A stretch of DNA of 64,000 nt from an uncultured Parachlamydiaceae bacterium. GTDB lineage: Bacteria > Chlamydiota > Chlamydiia > Chlamydiales > Parachlamydiaceae. Position numbers and translations under genes: made by a program. The stretch spans positions 1,216,001-1,280,000 of the forward strand of contig CAVULX010000004.1 of NCBI GenBank assembly GCA_963742415.1. The letters run 5' to 3'. This document shows, one piece after another, positions 10,116 to 19,924 of this stretch (position 1 is its first letter; each line of letters starts with the position of its first letter). The notes below the pieces were generated by a model. The model did not search any database. It had not been told where the DNA came from and saw nothing but the letters and a program-made list of their open reading frames with translations.

Positions 10116-11417
10116 ATGAAAAAAAAGGACCACCCCCCTCTTCAAGAAATTCTTGCTTTCTTCAATGAGTCTCCTACAGCTTGGCATGCTGTTGACTGTA
10201 TGCTAGATAAGCTTGAGGAAAATAGTTTTGAAGTCTTAGATGAGAAAAACCCTTGGACTCTCAAACCCGGAGGGCATTATCTCGTCACTCGAAATGGTTC
10301 TTCCCTTATCGCTTTTACTTTGCCTCTGCAAACCCCTCAGGATGCAAAAATTGTGGGTTCTCATACCGATAGCCCTGCCTTTAAACTAAAACCTAATGCA
10401 GAATTTCAGAAGGAAAACATGGTCATGCTGGGGCTGGAGATCTACGGCGCCCCGTTATTGACTTCATGGCTCAATCGAGATTTAGGGATCGCTGGGAGGG
10501 TTGTCTGGCAAGATGCAAAAGAAAAGGTCCACACTTCTTTAGTAAAAATAGAGGATCATCCTGTGGTTATTCCTCAGTTGGCCATTCACTTGGACCGCTC
10601 AGTCAATGAAAGCGGCTTGACTTTAAATAAACAAGAGCACCTTGCCGCCTTGGCCATGCTTACGGCAAATGTCAAAACAAAACCTGAAAAAAAGAGCTAT
10701 TTGGACCGCCTCCTTCAAGAACAAATTAACTATCACTCGTTGCTCGCTTATGATTTGTTTGTTTATCCGCTAGAAAAAGCCCGTTTAATCGGTTTTAACG
10801 ACCAAATGATCTCCTCTTACCGCATTGATAGCCTGGGAAGCGTTTATGCTATTTTAAATGGATTTTTGCAAACCACTAAACCTCACCGTAATACGATCAA
10901 AATAGTCTCTTTTTGGGATAACGAAGAGGTGGGGTCTTCAACGAAACAAGGGGCCGGCTCCCCTTTTCTGCCCCAGGTATTGGAAAGAATTTGCCTTGCT
11001 TTAGGCCTCGATAGGGAACATTATTTGCGCTTAAATGCCCAATCGCTTTGCCTTTCTGTTGACCTTGCTCATGCCACTCATCCTAATTATCCAGATCGGC
11101 ATGAACCGCGCCATTCCCTATTGCTGGATGGAGGAGTTGCCATCAAATCCAATGCTCAAGAACGTTATGCGACAGACAGCGTTGGCTCTGGTAAAATCGT
11201 CGCCTTATGTGAAAAGTTTAAAATCCCTTATCAACGGTATGTTGCCCGAGGAGATATCCCATCGGGAACAACCATAGGGCCGATTCATGCTCATTTAACA
11301 GGGATGCCTACTATCGACATCGGCTGCGCACAGCTTTCCATGCACTCTTGCCGTGAAATCATGTCATGCACCGATCTTTTCAATATGTGCAAACTCATCC
11401 GCGTTTTTTTTGACTAG
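10116..11417 (+). CDS. M18 family aspartyl aminopeptidase
   Basis: SPTAWHA, TRNGSS, GSHTDSP, WLNRDLG, DNEEVGS, HATHPNY, GTTIGP and LSMHSCRE motifs. Start taken at MKKK. Confidence 0.92.
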   Translation: MKKKDHPPLQEILAFFNESPTAWHAVDCMLDKLEENSFEVLDEKNPWTLKPGGHYLVTRNGSSLIAFTLPLQTPQDAKIVGSHTDSPAFKLKPNAEFQKENMVMLGLEIYGAPLLTSWLNRDLGIAGRVVWQDAKEKVHTSLVKIEDHPVVIPQLAIHLDRSVNESGLTLNKQEHLAALAMLTANVKTKPEKKSYLDRLLQEQINYHSLLAYDLFVYPLEKARLIGFNDQMISSYRIDSLGSVYAILNGFLQTTKPHRNTIKIVSFWDNEEVGSSTKQGAGSPFLPQVLERICLALGLDREHYLRLNAQSLCLSVDLAHATHPNYPDRHEPRHSLLLDGGVAIKSNAQERYATDSVGSGKIVALCEKFKIPYQRYVARGDIPSGTTIGPIHAHLTGMPTIDIGCAQLSMHSCREIMSCTDLFNMCKLIRVFFD

Positions 11418-12787
11418 GCTTCAATTGCGCTTTCAGGAGGAGCGCCTGCTCCAAATTTGATGTTTTCAAGCAACCCCCCAACATCGATCAAATCTCCTGA
11501 CCCTCTCGCTTGATCAACATAAGCTCCTATGGAAGCCAGAAGTTGATCTGATTCCCCTTTTGGCAATTGGGCTTGCCAAGTGCGAAGTTGAGCCACAAGA
11601 TCTTTTTTCAATGGAGAATCAAGCAGACCATCATTTCCATTAACCATATCCAGAAATTCTTTACCGGTAATACCGCCCCCCTGCCCTTTAAAGCTGGACT
11701 CGGTCTTATACAAGAGAGCTAAAGCCGTTGATAGCAGGACTATTTTAAGTTTTTGGATCTGTTGTTGTGTGCGTTCTTCTGAAAGAGATCCCCCCTCTTC
11801 GGTCGATGCAGTCACTAAGGCCATCGCTAGAGAATTAAATTGGGAACCGTTCACGAGGTCTAGGACTTTTTGAGCATAATTTTTAGCAAATTCGTAGTTA
11901 ATCTCCGGAGGTGGGGCTGCTGCTTTGACGAGAGTTTGTCCAAAAGAAAAATAGGCTGCTCCTGCAGCAAATAATCCCCCGATATAGCCTAGCTCGGCTG
12001 CCTGAGTCCCTGTATTTTGGACTAAAATACGATCAGTGGCATCTTTAATGGGTTGGACGAGGATTTGGGAGCTAAGGGTATCCGGGATCGCGCCTGTGGC
12101 CAAGTTTACACCTCCGCTTATTGCTAACGTCGAAGCTAAGAAGGGCAAATCTCTATTTACAACGGGATCTGTGCTTGTCTTTATTTGGTTAAGGTAATCG
12201 CTCAATCCGAGGGACATCCCTTGATCAAGCTTTACCCTCTGATCAAAGTTGGGATACTGCTCTACTTGTAATCTTTGCTCGGGACTAAGAGTATTCATCC
12301 ACGCTTCATATCCCAATTTTCCGTGCCGCGCCTCCCAATCCTTGTAGACTTGGCTATTCATTTCCCGTTTGATGGCTTCCCCATTTTCCTTAACCGATTT
12401 GCTCCAAGCATTCAACATATTGATGCATATTTCATTGAGGGCATTTTTAGTCTGCAAATTAAATAATTCAGGATCGATAGCTTTGGATGAACTCCCGCTA
12501 GAAGAAACTCCGCCAATTCCTGCGGCTCCTGTAGCTGTTGCGTTTTGCAAAACCATATTATTGCCATTTGTTCCAAACCAGAGAACAAATAAGGCCTGCA
12601 TTAATTCAGGACTATAGGCATTAGCGGTCCCTTTTGATGCCTTACCGGGACTTGCCCCAATGGTGTCCTGGGCGCCTGTTCCGGTTGCTGCTGACGGTGG
12701 CCCACCTACAGTTGATGCACCCTGCGCTCCCGTAACGGCTCCGCCGCCTCCGCCTGTGAGTGAAATATCTGTCATAAGCATTACCAT
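11414..12787 (-). CDS. Hypothetical protein, Gly/Ala/Thr-rich N-terminus with a central hydrophobic helix; possible T3SS substrate
   Basis: 457-aa ORF with a low-complexity N-terminus and the hydrophobic segment LGYIGGLFAAGAAYFSFG. Confidence 0.7.
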   Translation of the reverse strand: MVMLMTDISLTGGGGGAVTGAQGASTVGGPPSAATGTGAQDTIGASPGKASKGTANAYSPELMQALFVLWFGTNGNNMVLQNATATGAAGIGGVSSSGSSSKAIDPELFNLQTKNALNEICINMLNAWSKSVKENGEAIKREMNSQVYKDWEARHGKLGYEAWMNTLSPEQRLQVEQYPNFDQRVKLDQGMSLGLSDYLNQIKTSTDPVVNRDLPFLASTLAISGGVNLATGAIPDTLSSQILVQPIKDATDRILVQNTGTQAAELGYIGGLFAAGAAYFSFGQTLVKAAAPPPEINYEFAKNYAQKVLDLVNGSQFNSLAMALVTASTEEGGSLSEERTQQQIQKLKIVLLSTALALLYKTESSFKGQGGGITGKEFLDMVNGNDGLLDSPLKKDLVAQLRTWQAQLPKGESDQLLASIGAYVDQARGSGDLIDVGGLLENIKFGAGAPPESAIEA

Positions 12788-12980
12788 CCTTTTAATTTAG
12801 AGTTTTTTGAAACTCTAAAAAAATTTATTACAGCATGAAAAAATCACTCCATTTATAACTCATTATATCAAATTTTTATTTTACTACCAAATCATCATTC
12901 ATTTTTTAACCGAGTAAATTTGTCTTGCACTCCTCGAGAAACCTGAGTATTTTAGAGCTTGCATTAAAAAAGGAAAAGAG

Positions 12981-13754
12981 ATGGCGCAAACATTGGATCC
13001 CAAAGGACCTGCCCATTTTAAAGGGAAAGACGCGATAGAGCATGTCGCAGAAGCTCAAGCTCAAGGGATTATCGCTTCAGCAGAAATTCATGGGACAGAA
13101 ATCCCGGGACACATCGCTGCTGCTTGTGATGCTGCCCGTGAAACAAGCGTTATTTTAATTCTGACATGGGCCCTTTTGAACCATTTATCTCTGCCCCCTT
13201 ATTCGATCTTTTTATTTTTATGCATTCTTGGAGGAAGCTGGATTGTTTGGAAGGGGGGGCGCAGTGCCTGGTTAGGTTGGTCCAGGCTCGAGAGGCTGCA
13301 TCGAGTGGTCGCACAAGAAAAATGGGAAATTGAACACCACCGCATTCAAGAAAGGGAAGAGCTTAAAGCCTTGTATGCTGCCAAAGGGTTCGAAGGCAAA
13401 TTGCTGGAAGATGTCTTAGATGTCTTGATGGCGGATGGAGATCGCCTGCTCCGTGTCATGGTGGAAGAAGAATTAGGCCTTTCCCTGGAATCCCATGAGC
13501 ACCCTCTAAAACAATGCGTTGGAGCGGCTTTGGGAAGCTTTTTTGCTGCTATTCTCTGCGTGCTAGGGGTGTGGGTTTTTCCCCCTTATGGGATATTATT
13601 CATGGCTGTTTTCTCCATTGGAATTGCAGCGGCTTTATCTGCGTACCATGAAAAAAATAAGATCATTCCTGCTATTGTCTGGAACCTCGCCCTCGGTGCT
13701 TTATCGTTTGGCTTTGTGCATTTTATGCTTCTCTATGTTTCTTCCTTAAGGTAA
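12981..13754 (+). CDS. VIT1/CCC1 family membrane protein (Fe/Mn transporter-like)
   Basis: E..EI..H...EREEL..LY.AKGFEG...M.EEELGL cytoplasmic segment plus flanking TM helices. Confidence 0.8.
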   Translation: MAQTLDPKGPAHFKGKDAIEHVAEAQAQGIIASAEIHGTEIPGHIAAACDAARETSVILILTWALLNHLSLPPYSIFLFLCILGGSWIVWKGGRSAWLGWSRLERLHRVVAQEKWEIEHHRIQEREELKALYAAKGFEGKLLEDVLDVLMADGDRLLRVMVEEELGLSLESHEHPLKQCVGAALGSFFAAILCVLGVWVFPPYGILFMAVFSIGIAAALSAYHEKNKIIPAIVWNLALGALSFGFVHFMLLYVSSLR

Positions 13755-13762
13755 GTTTACCT

Positions 13763-15784
13763 ATGCCGATTTTTAATCCCACTCCCTCTGCCCATCCTCA
13801 TCATCCGGTTGTATTTGAAGAATTTTTCGAACTCGGACAGCAAGAATCGGTGAGCCCCTTTTTGACACCTGAAACTCGACATTGGGGAACCAATCTCTAC
13901 TTGAAAGCGTCTATTTTGGCAGCTTTTTTGCTTGTGCTATCTTTTAGTTTTTCTTTTTTTCCTAAGCTGCACCCACTTTCAAACTTTATTTTAATCATTG
14001 TTTATTTTTTAGCCGGGATCCCCTCTTTAATCGAATCCCTCGAAAACCTGACCGACTTAGACATCAATATTGACGTTCTGATGACATTAGCAGCCTTTTC
14101 CTCTGTCCTTATAGGAAGCGGGATGGAAGGGGGGCTCCTCCTCGTTCTATTCTCTTTATCAGGTTCAATAGAAGAAGCTGTGGAAACAAAAGCTAAACGC
14201 GCCATCAGCAGCTTGCATAAACTGTCGCCGACAAGGGCATCTGTGATTGATGTTGATGGAACTTTGCTCGAAAAAGCGATCGACGATATCGAGGTAGGAA
14301 CTAAAATTCTGATTAAATCGGGGCAAGTTGTTCCTCTCGATGGCCTTGTCGTCGATGGGATCTCTTCCGTAAATTTAGTCCATTTAACCGGAGAAAGCAT
14401 GCCCATAACAAAAAAAATAGGGGATCAAGTGGGGGCGGGAGCGCTTAACCTCGAGGGCACCTTGACTTTGACAGTCGTTCGGACGAGTGCCGATTCTACG
14501 TTGGCTCGCATTATCCAACTGGTGACCCAGGCACAAGAAGCTAAACCCACCATTCAACGTTGGTTTGATAAACTAAGCCGCGCCTACGCCATTACCATCA
14601 TTTTGCTTGCTGCTTTCTTTGCTACGACTCTTCCCTTCATCCTTGGCCTCCCCTTCTTAGGGGTCGAAGGCTCTGTTTACCGTGCACTTGCTTTCCTCAT
14701 TGCAGCTTCGCCTTGCGCTTTAATCATTGCGATCCCCATTGCTTATCTAAGCGCGATTAGCGTCTGCGCCCAGCGGGGCATTTTGCTGAAAGGGGGGATT
14801 ACCCTGGATGCCATCGCCTCCTGCTCGGCAGTAGCTTTCGATAAAACGGGGACTTTGACAACAGGAAAGCTCACTTGTCTTGGGCTGGAGCCCCTTTTTC
14901 CCTCTGCCGAATCTGTTCATAATGTTTCGTCGGCTTTGGCAGCAGCCCATGCCATGGAGCGGAATGCTATCCACCCCATTGCGAAAGCCGTTCTAAACTA
15001 TGCTATTTCACAGCAGATCCCTCCGGCTCATTTGAAAAATTTTAAAGCTATTCCTGGCTATGGCTTAGAAGCTGTTGCCAACACTTCGCAAGGGGAATGC
15101 AACGCCTATATCGGACACCCTGAGTATATTGTCTCCCAACTATCTCCTCCCCTTGCAGCGCGATTATCCTCCCTTGTGGAAGAAGTAAAAAGCCACGGAG
15201 AACTCCTAGCCATCATGCTCTATGGGGAGCAGCTCTATTTATTCCGCTTTGAAGATGCTTTGAGGCCCGGCATTAAGAAAATGATTAAGGCCTTGAAAGA
15301 AAAATGGCATTGGAGATTAATTATGCTGACAGGCGACCATGAGAGCAGCGCCAAGAAGGTCGCAACAGAACTTGGCATCGATGAATATCATGCAGACCTT
15401 CGACCGGAAGACAAGCTTAAATACGTTTCTGAATTATCTCAAAAAGATGGGCTTGCCATGATTGGCGATGGGATCAACGATGCCCCGGCTTTAGCCAGAG
15501 CCACTGTAGGCATTGGAATGGGAAACATCGGGAGTACAGCGGCCATTGAAGCTTCAGATGTTGTTTTATTGCATGACAATATCGAAATGTTAGACTGGTT
15601 AATTGGCAAAGCCCATCAAACGAAAAGGATCGTCACCCAAAACCTTTCATTAGCTGTGTGTGCCATTTTAATCGCAGCACTTCCCGCCCTTGCAGGAGTT
15701 GTCCCTTTGTGGCTTGCAGTTGTGATGCATGAAGGCGGCACTGTTCTCGTAGGCCTTAATGCGTTGAGACTGCTGAGGCAGTGA
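13763..15784 (+). CDS. zntA: Heavy-metal translocating P1B-type ATPase (P1B-4 signature)
   Basis: LTGES, SPC, DKTGTLT, HP, TGD, GDGINDAP and HEGGT motifs. Confidence 0.9.
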   Translation: MPIFNPTPSAHPHHPVVFEEFFELGQQESVSPFLTPETRHWGTNLYLKASILAAFLLVLSFSFSFFPKLHPLSNFILIIVYFLAGIPSLIESLENLTDLDINIDVLMTLAAFSSVLIGSGMEGGLLLVLFSLSGSIEEAVETKAKRAISSLHKLSPTRASVIDVDGTLLEKAIDDIEVGTKILIKSGQVVPLDGLVVDGISSVNLVHLTGESMPITKKIGDQVGAGALNLEGTLTLTVVRTSADSTLARIIQLVTQAQEAKPTIQRWFDKLSRAYAITIILLAAFFATTLPFILGLPFLGVEGSVYRALAFLIAASPCALIIAIPIAYLSAISVCAQRGILLKGGITLDAIASCSAVAFDKTGTLTTGKLTCLGLEPLFPSAESVHNVSSALAAAHAMERNAIHPIAKAVLNYAISQQIPPAHLKNFKAIPGYGLEAVANTSQGECNAYIGHPEYIVSQLSPPLAARLSSLVEEVKSHGELLAIMLYGEQLYLFRFEDALRPGIKKMIKALKEKWHWRLIMLTGDHESSAKKVATELGIDEYHADLRPEDKLKYVSELSQKDGLAMIGDGINDAPALARATVGIGMGNIGSTAAIEASDVVLLHDNIEMLDWLIGKAHQTKRIVTQNLSLAVCAILIAALPALAGVVPLWLAVVMHEGGTVLVGLNALRLLRQ

Positions 15785-15793
15785 ATGATGTGT

Positions 15794-16453
15794 CTACTGA
15801 GCCCTTCGGCGTAAATTCTTTAATCCGAAGGCTACAGACAAGCAGGCTCCTAAAATCAACGAAAGGCCGGGCTCAGGAACCACCAGCGACATCCCTGGAG
15901 TTGGAATCCAATTTGTATAAACTGATCCCACTACAGTTTGCATGTAAGAATTATTATAAGAAAAGTCCTTTGATGCATTTGCGCCAAACGCCTCGAAAGA
16001 TCCCCAAGATGGTGCAAGCAGGCTGTCAAATGAAAAAGAAGCCCCTGGCGAACTAAAGGAAACGTAATCAAAACCGCTGTTCGTTTGAGGCGCAGACATA
16101 GTCGCGCTGGTATTGACGATGTAGTTGGTCCCGCTGGAATAGTAAGCATTGTATTCAGTCGAACTCACTTGCAGATATAATGTGTTCACAGGGTTAGTTA
16201 AGACATTTCCAGCCTGTTTGGTTAAGGTATAGACATAATGATAATATTGCGTCCCATTTTGGCTTGGAGATGTAATCGTCCAGCTAATTTTAAATCCGCT
16301 TGTCGGTTTAGTACTATAAGTTCCAGCACCTGTCAGCCCTGCCCCGGAAGATGTTGTTCGGTTGCCGGTAAAATCGGATGACCCTACGCTTACGTCCGCA
16401 TCGGCTAGAGAACACATAGCCATTAAGATGACTAAGCATGAAACTCTTAACAT
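15794..16453 (-). CDS. PEP-CTERM sorting-signal protein, Ser/Thr/Gly-rich
   Basis: N-terminal signal peptide; C-terminal VPEPG + hydrophobic helix + KNLRRRAQ; GAAGGAG RBS. Confidence 0.8.
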   Translation of the reverse strand: MLRVSCLVILMAMCSLADADVSVGSSDFTGNRTTSSGAGLTGAGTYSTKPTSGFKISWTITSPSQNGTQYYHYVYTLTKQAGNVLTNPVNTLYLQVSSTEYNAYYSSGTNYIVNTSATMSAPQTNSGFDYVSFSSPGASFSFDSLLAPSWGSFEAFGANASKDFSYNNSYMQTVVGSVYTNWIPTPGMSLVVPEPGLSLILGACLSVAFGLKNLRRRAQ

Positions 16454-16505
16454 ACATATTCTCCTTCGAGCCTAATTGTATATATATTTTTTTAATTTGT
16501 ACAAT

Positions 16506-16657
16506 AGACTTCTTTCGAAATTCGCCTTGATTAAAAAAATGAGCTATTTTTGAGCAGATTTTTTGAAAAATTTTGAGAGCATATGGTCGAAAAATTTTAC
16601 GAAAAAGATGCTAAAAAGAGCTATTTTAATAATCAAATGGAATTTCGAAAGAAGTCT
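16506..16657. mobile_element. MITE-like element with 18-bp perfect terminal inverted repeats
   Basis: AGACTTCTTTCGAAATTC ... GAATTTCGAAAGAAGTCT, flanked by AAT on both sides; non-coding interior. Confidence 0.65.
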
Positions 16658-16784
16658 AATAAATACCTTCTTTTATCGAGAAGACCATTAAAATGCCTAG
16701 ATGCTTGAAACTCAGTTTGCTAGACATAAATGTTTTTCTTGGTTAACTTTGAGCATGCTAGCATCAACAAAAGCCGGGTGACTT

Positions 16785-19700
16785 ATGTCCTCTACGCGAG
16801 ATGATTTGATCACATCCCATGAACAATTGCTCATGGCGATTCAAAATGAAAGCAGAAAATTTCAAGAATATTACGTTTGGCTTGAAAAAGCGATGCCCGC
16901 CACGTTTTTTAAGGAAGTCAGCCAAGAGAATATGATGCTCATTGCTCATAGCCTGATGGGGTTTCATCTGCAAGAATATTTTTCCATGATCCATTTAAAG
17001 CGTGCCGCTATCGTTCTTTGCCTTGATAGTGCCGATGCTGATCTGAAAGTGCTTGAAAAATATGCGATGTATGGAATTAAAAATTACCAAACTTATGTTT
17101 CTAATTCCCCCCCTCCTTTCCCGGGGGTCCACACCAACTTGCGGATTGCAATCATTTACTTTACCGAAGCCATCGAAACGGTAGAGACACCCTACCCATT
17201 AGAATCGAAAGAGCAATTGCGTGCCCTTGTGAAGCAACGGAATCCCCAGTTAACTGATGAGGAATTTGACAAACTCCTTTCGGGAATTAATACCCGCTTT
17301 TTGAGATCCCTTCCGATGGACCGGTTAATTATCGCCTTCGACATGTTATTCCGGGCACAAACTCACGACAATTGCCAATATGAAGTTCGCTATCAAGAAG
17401 ACTGGGAAGAAACAGGCTCTGCGTCAATGCAAATCGTTCTGGCTTGGAGGAATACCCCCAAGCATAATTTTCTATACCGCCTTGCACGCACTATTCACCG
17501 GCACGGTCTAGTGATGAAAGGGCTCAATGCCACTTACATCTACCCCTACAATAAACAAAACATCCTTATCATGGCGATAGGGCTGCAGGGAAGCAACGGC
17601 AAAGCCGCTTGGGATGTCGCAAATATCCCCGACTTTCTCCGTGAGCTCGTGACAGTCAAATATTTTGCCAGCTTTGACGTCATTGATCAGCAGCTTGTCA
17701 GCAAAAAAATTATCTCTGGCAATATGGGAAACTTGCTACGTGCAATGATGTATTTTATCCACCAAGCCTTAGTCCATTTAGATCCCAACCTCTATACTCT
17801 GGAAAATGTAGAAGAAGGGCTTTGCAAACACCCTGAGTTGACCATCCAGTTAGCAGAAGCCTTCAAAGCCAAGTTTGATCCCGATTTTGTCAATTATGAG
17901 AACTATCTCAAAATTCAAAAAACATTTCTCAACGATTTGAACAAATTAGACACAGGGCATGAAGAGAATGATATACGCCGTAAAACAATCCTCCGGCAAG
18001 CGATGAATTTCATTCACTACACCTTGAAGACAAACTTTTACCGATTAAATTACACGGCGTTGAGTTTTCGGTTAAACCCTCAATATCTCGAAGCCATCCC
18101 TTTCGATAGATCAAAAAAATTTCCAGAGCTTCCCTACGCAATTTTTTTTATTAAAGGGATGCACTTTTTTGGCTTCCACATCCGGTTTAAAGACCTTGCC
18201 CGCGGGGGGTTACGTACTGTCTACCCCGATCCGGAACACATGATTCAAGAAAGAAATCACGTTTTTACAGAGTGCTACAACCTTGCGTACACCCAGCATA
18301 AAAAAAACAAAGATATCCCTGAAGGGGGATCCAAAGGGATTATTTTCCTTCGTCCTTTTGACCGCCTAGAATCGGAATCACTGATTTTGCAGAACGAATT
18401 TGAAACCTCGAAAACTTCCCCTGAAGAAATTGAAGAGAAAATGGGGAAATTCCGCCAAGAGCAAAAAGTGGAGTACCTCTATCAAGCCCAAAGATCCTAC
18501 ATCGAAAGTTTAATCACGATTATCAACTGCGACCCTGATGGTAAAATGCGTGCTAAGTACATTGTGGACTACTGGAAAAGGCCCGAGTATCTCTATTTAG
18601 GACCCGATGAAAACATGCATGATGAAATGATCCAATGGATCGCTAATTTTAGCAAAAAATATGATTACAAGCCTGGAAGCTCTTTTATATCAGGAAAACC
18701 AAAAATAGGGATCAATCACAAAGAGTATGGGGTTACCTCGTTGGGGGTAAACGTTTATATGGAAGCTGTGTTGATCTATCTGGGAATAGACCCAAAAAAA
18801 CAAAGTTTTACTGTTAAAATGTCGGGAGGACCTGACGGCGACGTCGCCGGCAACCAAATCTGCAATTTGTATAAATATTACCCAAAAACTGCCAAGCTTG
18901 TAGCCCTAACAGATATTTCAGGAACTATTTATGATCCCGACGGGCTCGATTTAAAAGATCTGGTGGAATTGTTTAAGCAAGGGAGGGCGATCCGTTATTA
19001 TTCCCCTGAAAAATTGCATGAAGGGGGATTCCTTGTCGACAAATCAGGGAAGAGACACACGACGGCTTACACCCAACAAACATTATGCTGGCGCAAGCAA
19101 AAGAACAAATTGATGGAAGACTGGATCTCAGGCAGTGATATGAACCAGCTTCTCCGCAATAACGTCCACCAAACTAAAGCGGATATTTTCATTCCGGGAG
19201 GGGGCAGACCCCGCACGCTGAATGACGTGAACTACAAAGATTTTTTGGATGAAATGGGAAAACCCACCTCCCGCGCCATCGTCGAAGGAGCCAATCTTTA
19301 TCTAACCCCAAGGGCACGCTACGAGTTGGAAAAATTAGGGGTGTTAATCATAAAAGATAGCTCAGCCAATAAAACCGGAGTCATTTGTTCCTCTTTTGAG
19401 GTCCTCTGCGGCCTAGCTTTAGGGGATGAAAAATTCCTCGAAAACAAACCTGTACTTGTCGAAGAAATTTTGAAAAGGCTCAAACAGTGTGCTTCGAATG
19501 AAGCTCATTTACTCCTTAAGACTTTTAAGGAGACGGGGGAATTCCTGACGACCATTTCTGAAAAAATCTCTGAGAGGATCAATCATTTTACCTACCAATT
19601 GCTCGACTACTTAGATCCGTTGCCCTTATCAAATGACCCTACAGATCCCATGATGAGTACGTTTTTTTATTATTGCCCGCCATTGTTAAGAAATAATTTT

Positions 19701-19862
19701 CGAAATGAACTCATCCGCGAAATTCCCGACCATCATAAAAAAGCCATTATTTCTTGCCATATTGCCGCTCAGCTGGTCTATAAGAAGGGGCTGCAGTGGT
19801 ATCCAACCATTGTCGAAATTCTTCCCATCTTGGTCGAACACAAAGAGATCGAAGAGAACTAG
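16785..19862 (+). CDS. Large NAD-specific glutamate dehydrogenase
   Basis: GFHIRFKDLARGGLR, KNKDIPEGGSKG, LGPDE, HKEYGVTSLGV, GGPDGDVAGN, VEGANL and DSSANKTGVICSSFEV motifs. Confidence 0.92.
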   Translation: MSSTRDDLITSHEQLLMAIQNESRKFQEYYVWLEKAMPATFFKEVSQENMMLIAHSLMGFHLQEYFSMIHLKRAAIVLCLDSADADLKVLEKYAMYGIKNYQTYVSNSPPPFPGVHTNLRIAIIYFTEAIETVETPYPLESKEQLRALVKQRNPQLTDEEFDKLLSGINTRFLRSLPMDRLIIAFDMLFRAQTHDNCQYEVRYQEDWEETGSASMQIVLAWRNTPKHNFLYRLARTIHRHGLVMKGLNATYIYPYNKQNILIMAIGLQGSNGKAAWDVANIPDFLRELVTVKYFASFDVIDQQLVSKKIISGNMGNLLRAMMYFIHQALVHLDPNLYTLENVEEGLCKHPELTIQLAEAFKAKFDPDFVNYENYLKIQKTFLNDLNKLDTGHEENDIRRKTILRQAMNFIHYTLKTNFYRLNYTALSFRLNPQYLEAIPFDRSKKFPELPYAIFFIKGMHFFGFHIRFKDLARGGLRTVYPDPEHMIQERNHVFTECYNLAYTQHKKNKDIPEGGSKGIIFLRPFDRLESESLILQNEFETSKTSPEEIEEKMGKFRQEQKVEYLYQAQRSYIESLITIINCDPDGKMRAKYIVDYWKRPEYLYLGPDENMHDEMIQWIANFSKKYDYKPGSSFISGKPKIGINHKEYGVTSLGVNVYMEAVLIYLGIDPKKQSFTVKMSGGPDGDVAGNQICNLYKYYPKTAKLVALTDISGTIYDPDGLDLKDLVELFKQGRAIRYYSPEKLHEGGFLVDKSGKRHTTAYTQQTLCWRKQKNKLMEDWISGSDMNQLLRNNVHQTKADIFIPGGGRPRTLNDVNYKDFLDEMGKPTSRAIVEGANLYLTPRARYELEKLGVLIIKDSSANKTGVICSSFEVLCGLALGDEKFLENKPVLVEEILKRLKQCASNEAHLLLKTFKETGEFLTTISEKISERINHFTYQLLDYLDPLPLSNDPTDPMMSTFFYYCPPLLRNNFRNELIREIPDHHKKAIISCHIAAQLVYKKGLQWYPTIVEILPILVEHKEIEEN

Positions 19863-19924
19863 CCTTTTATCTTAAAATCGATTATGAATTTAATGATCTA
19901 ATTTATTCAAGTAGGTGAATTTTT

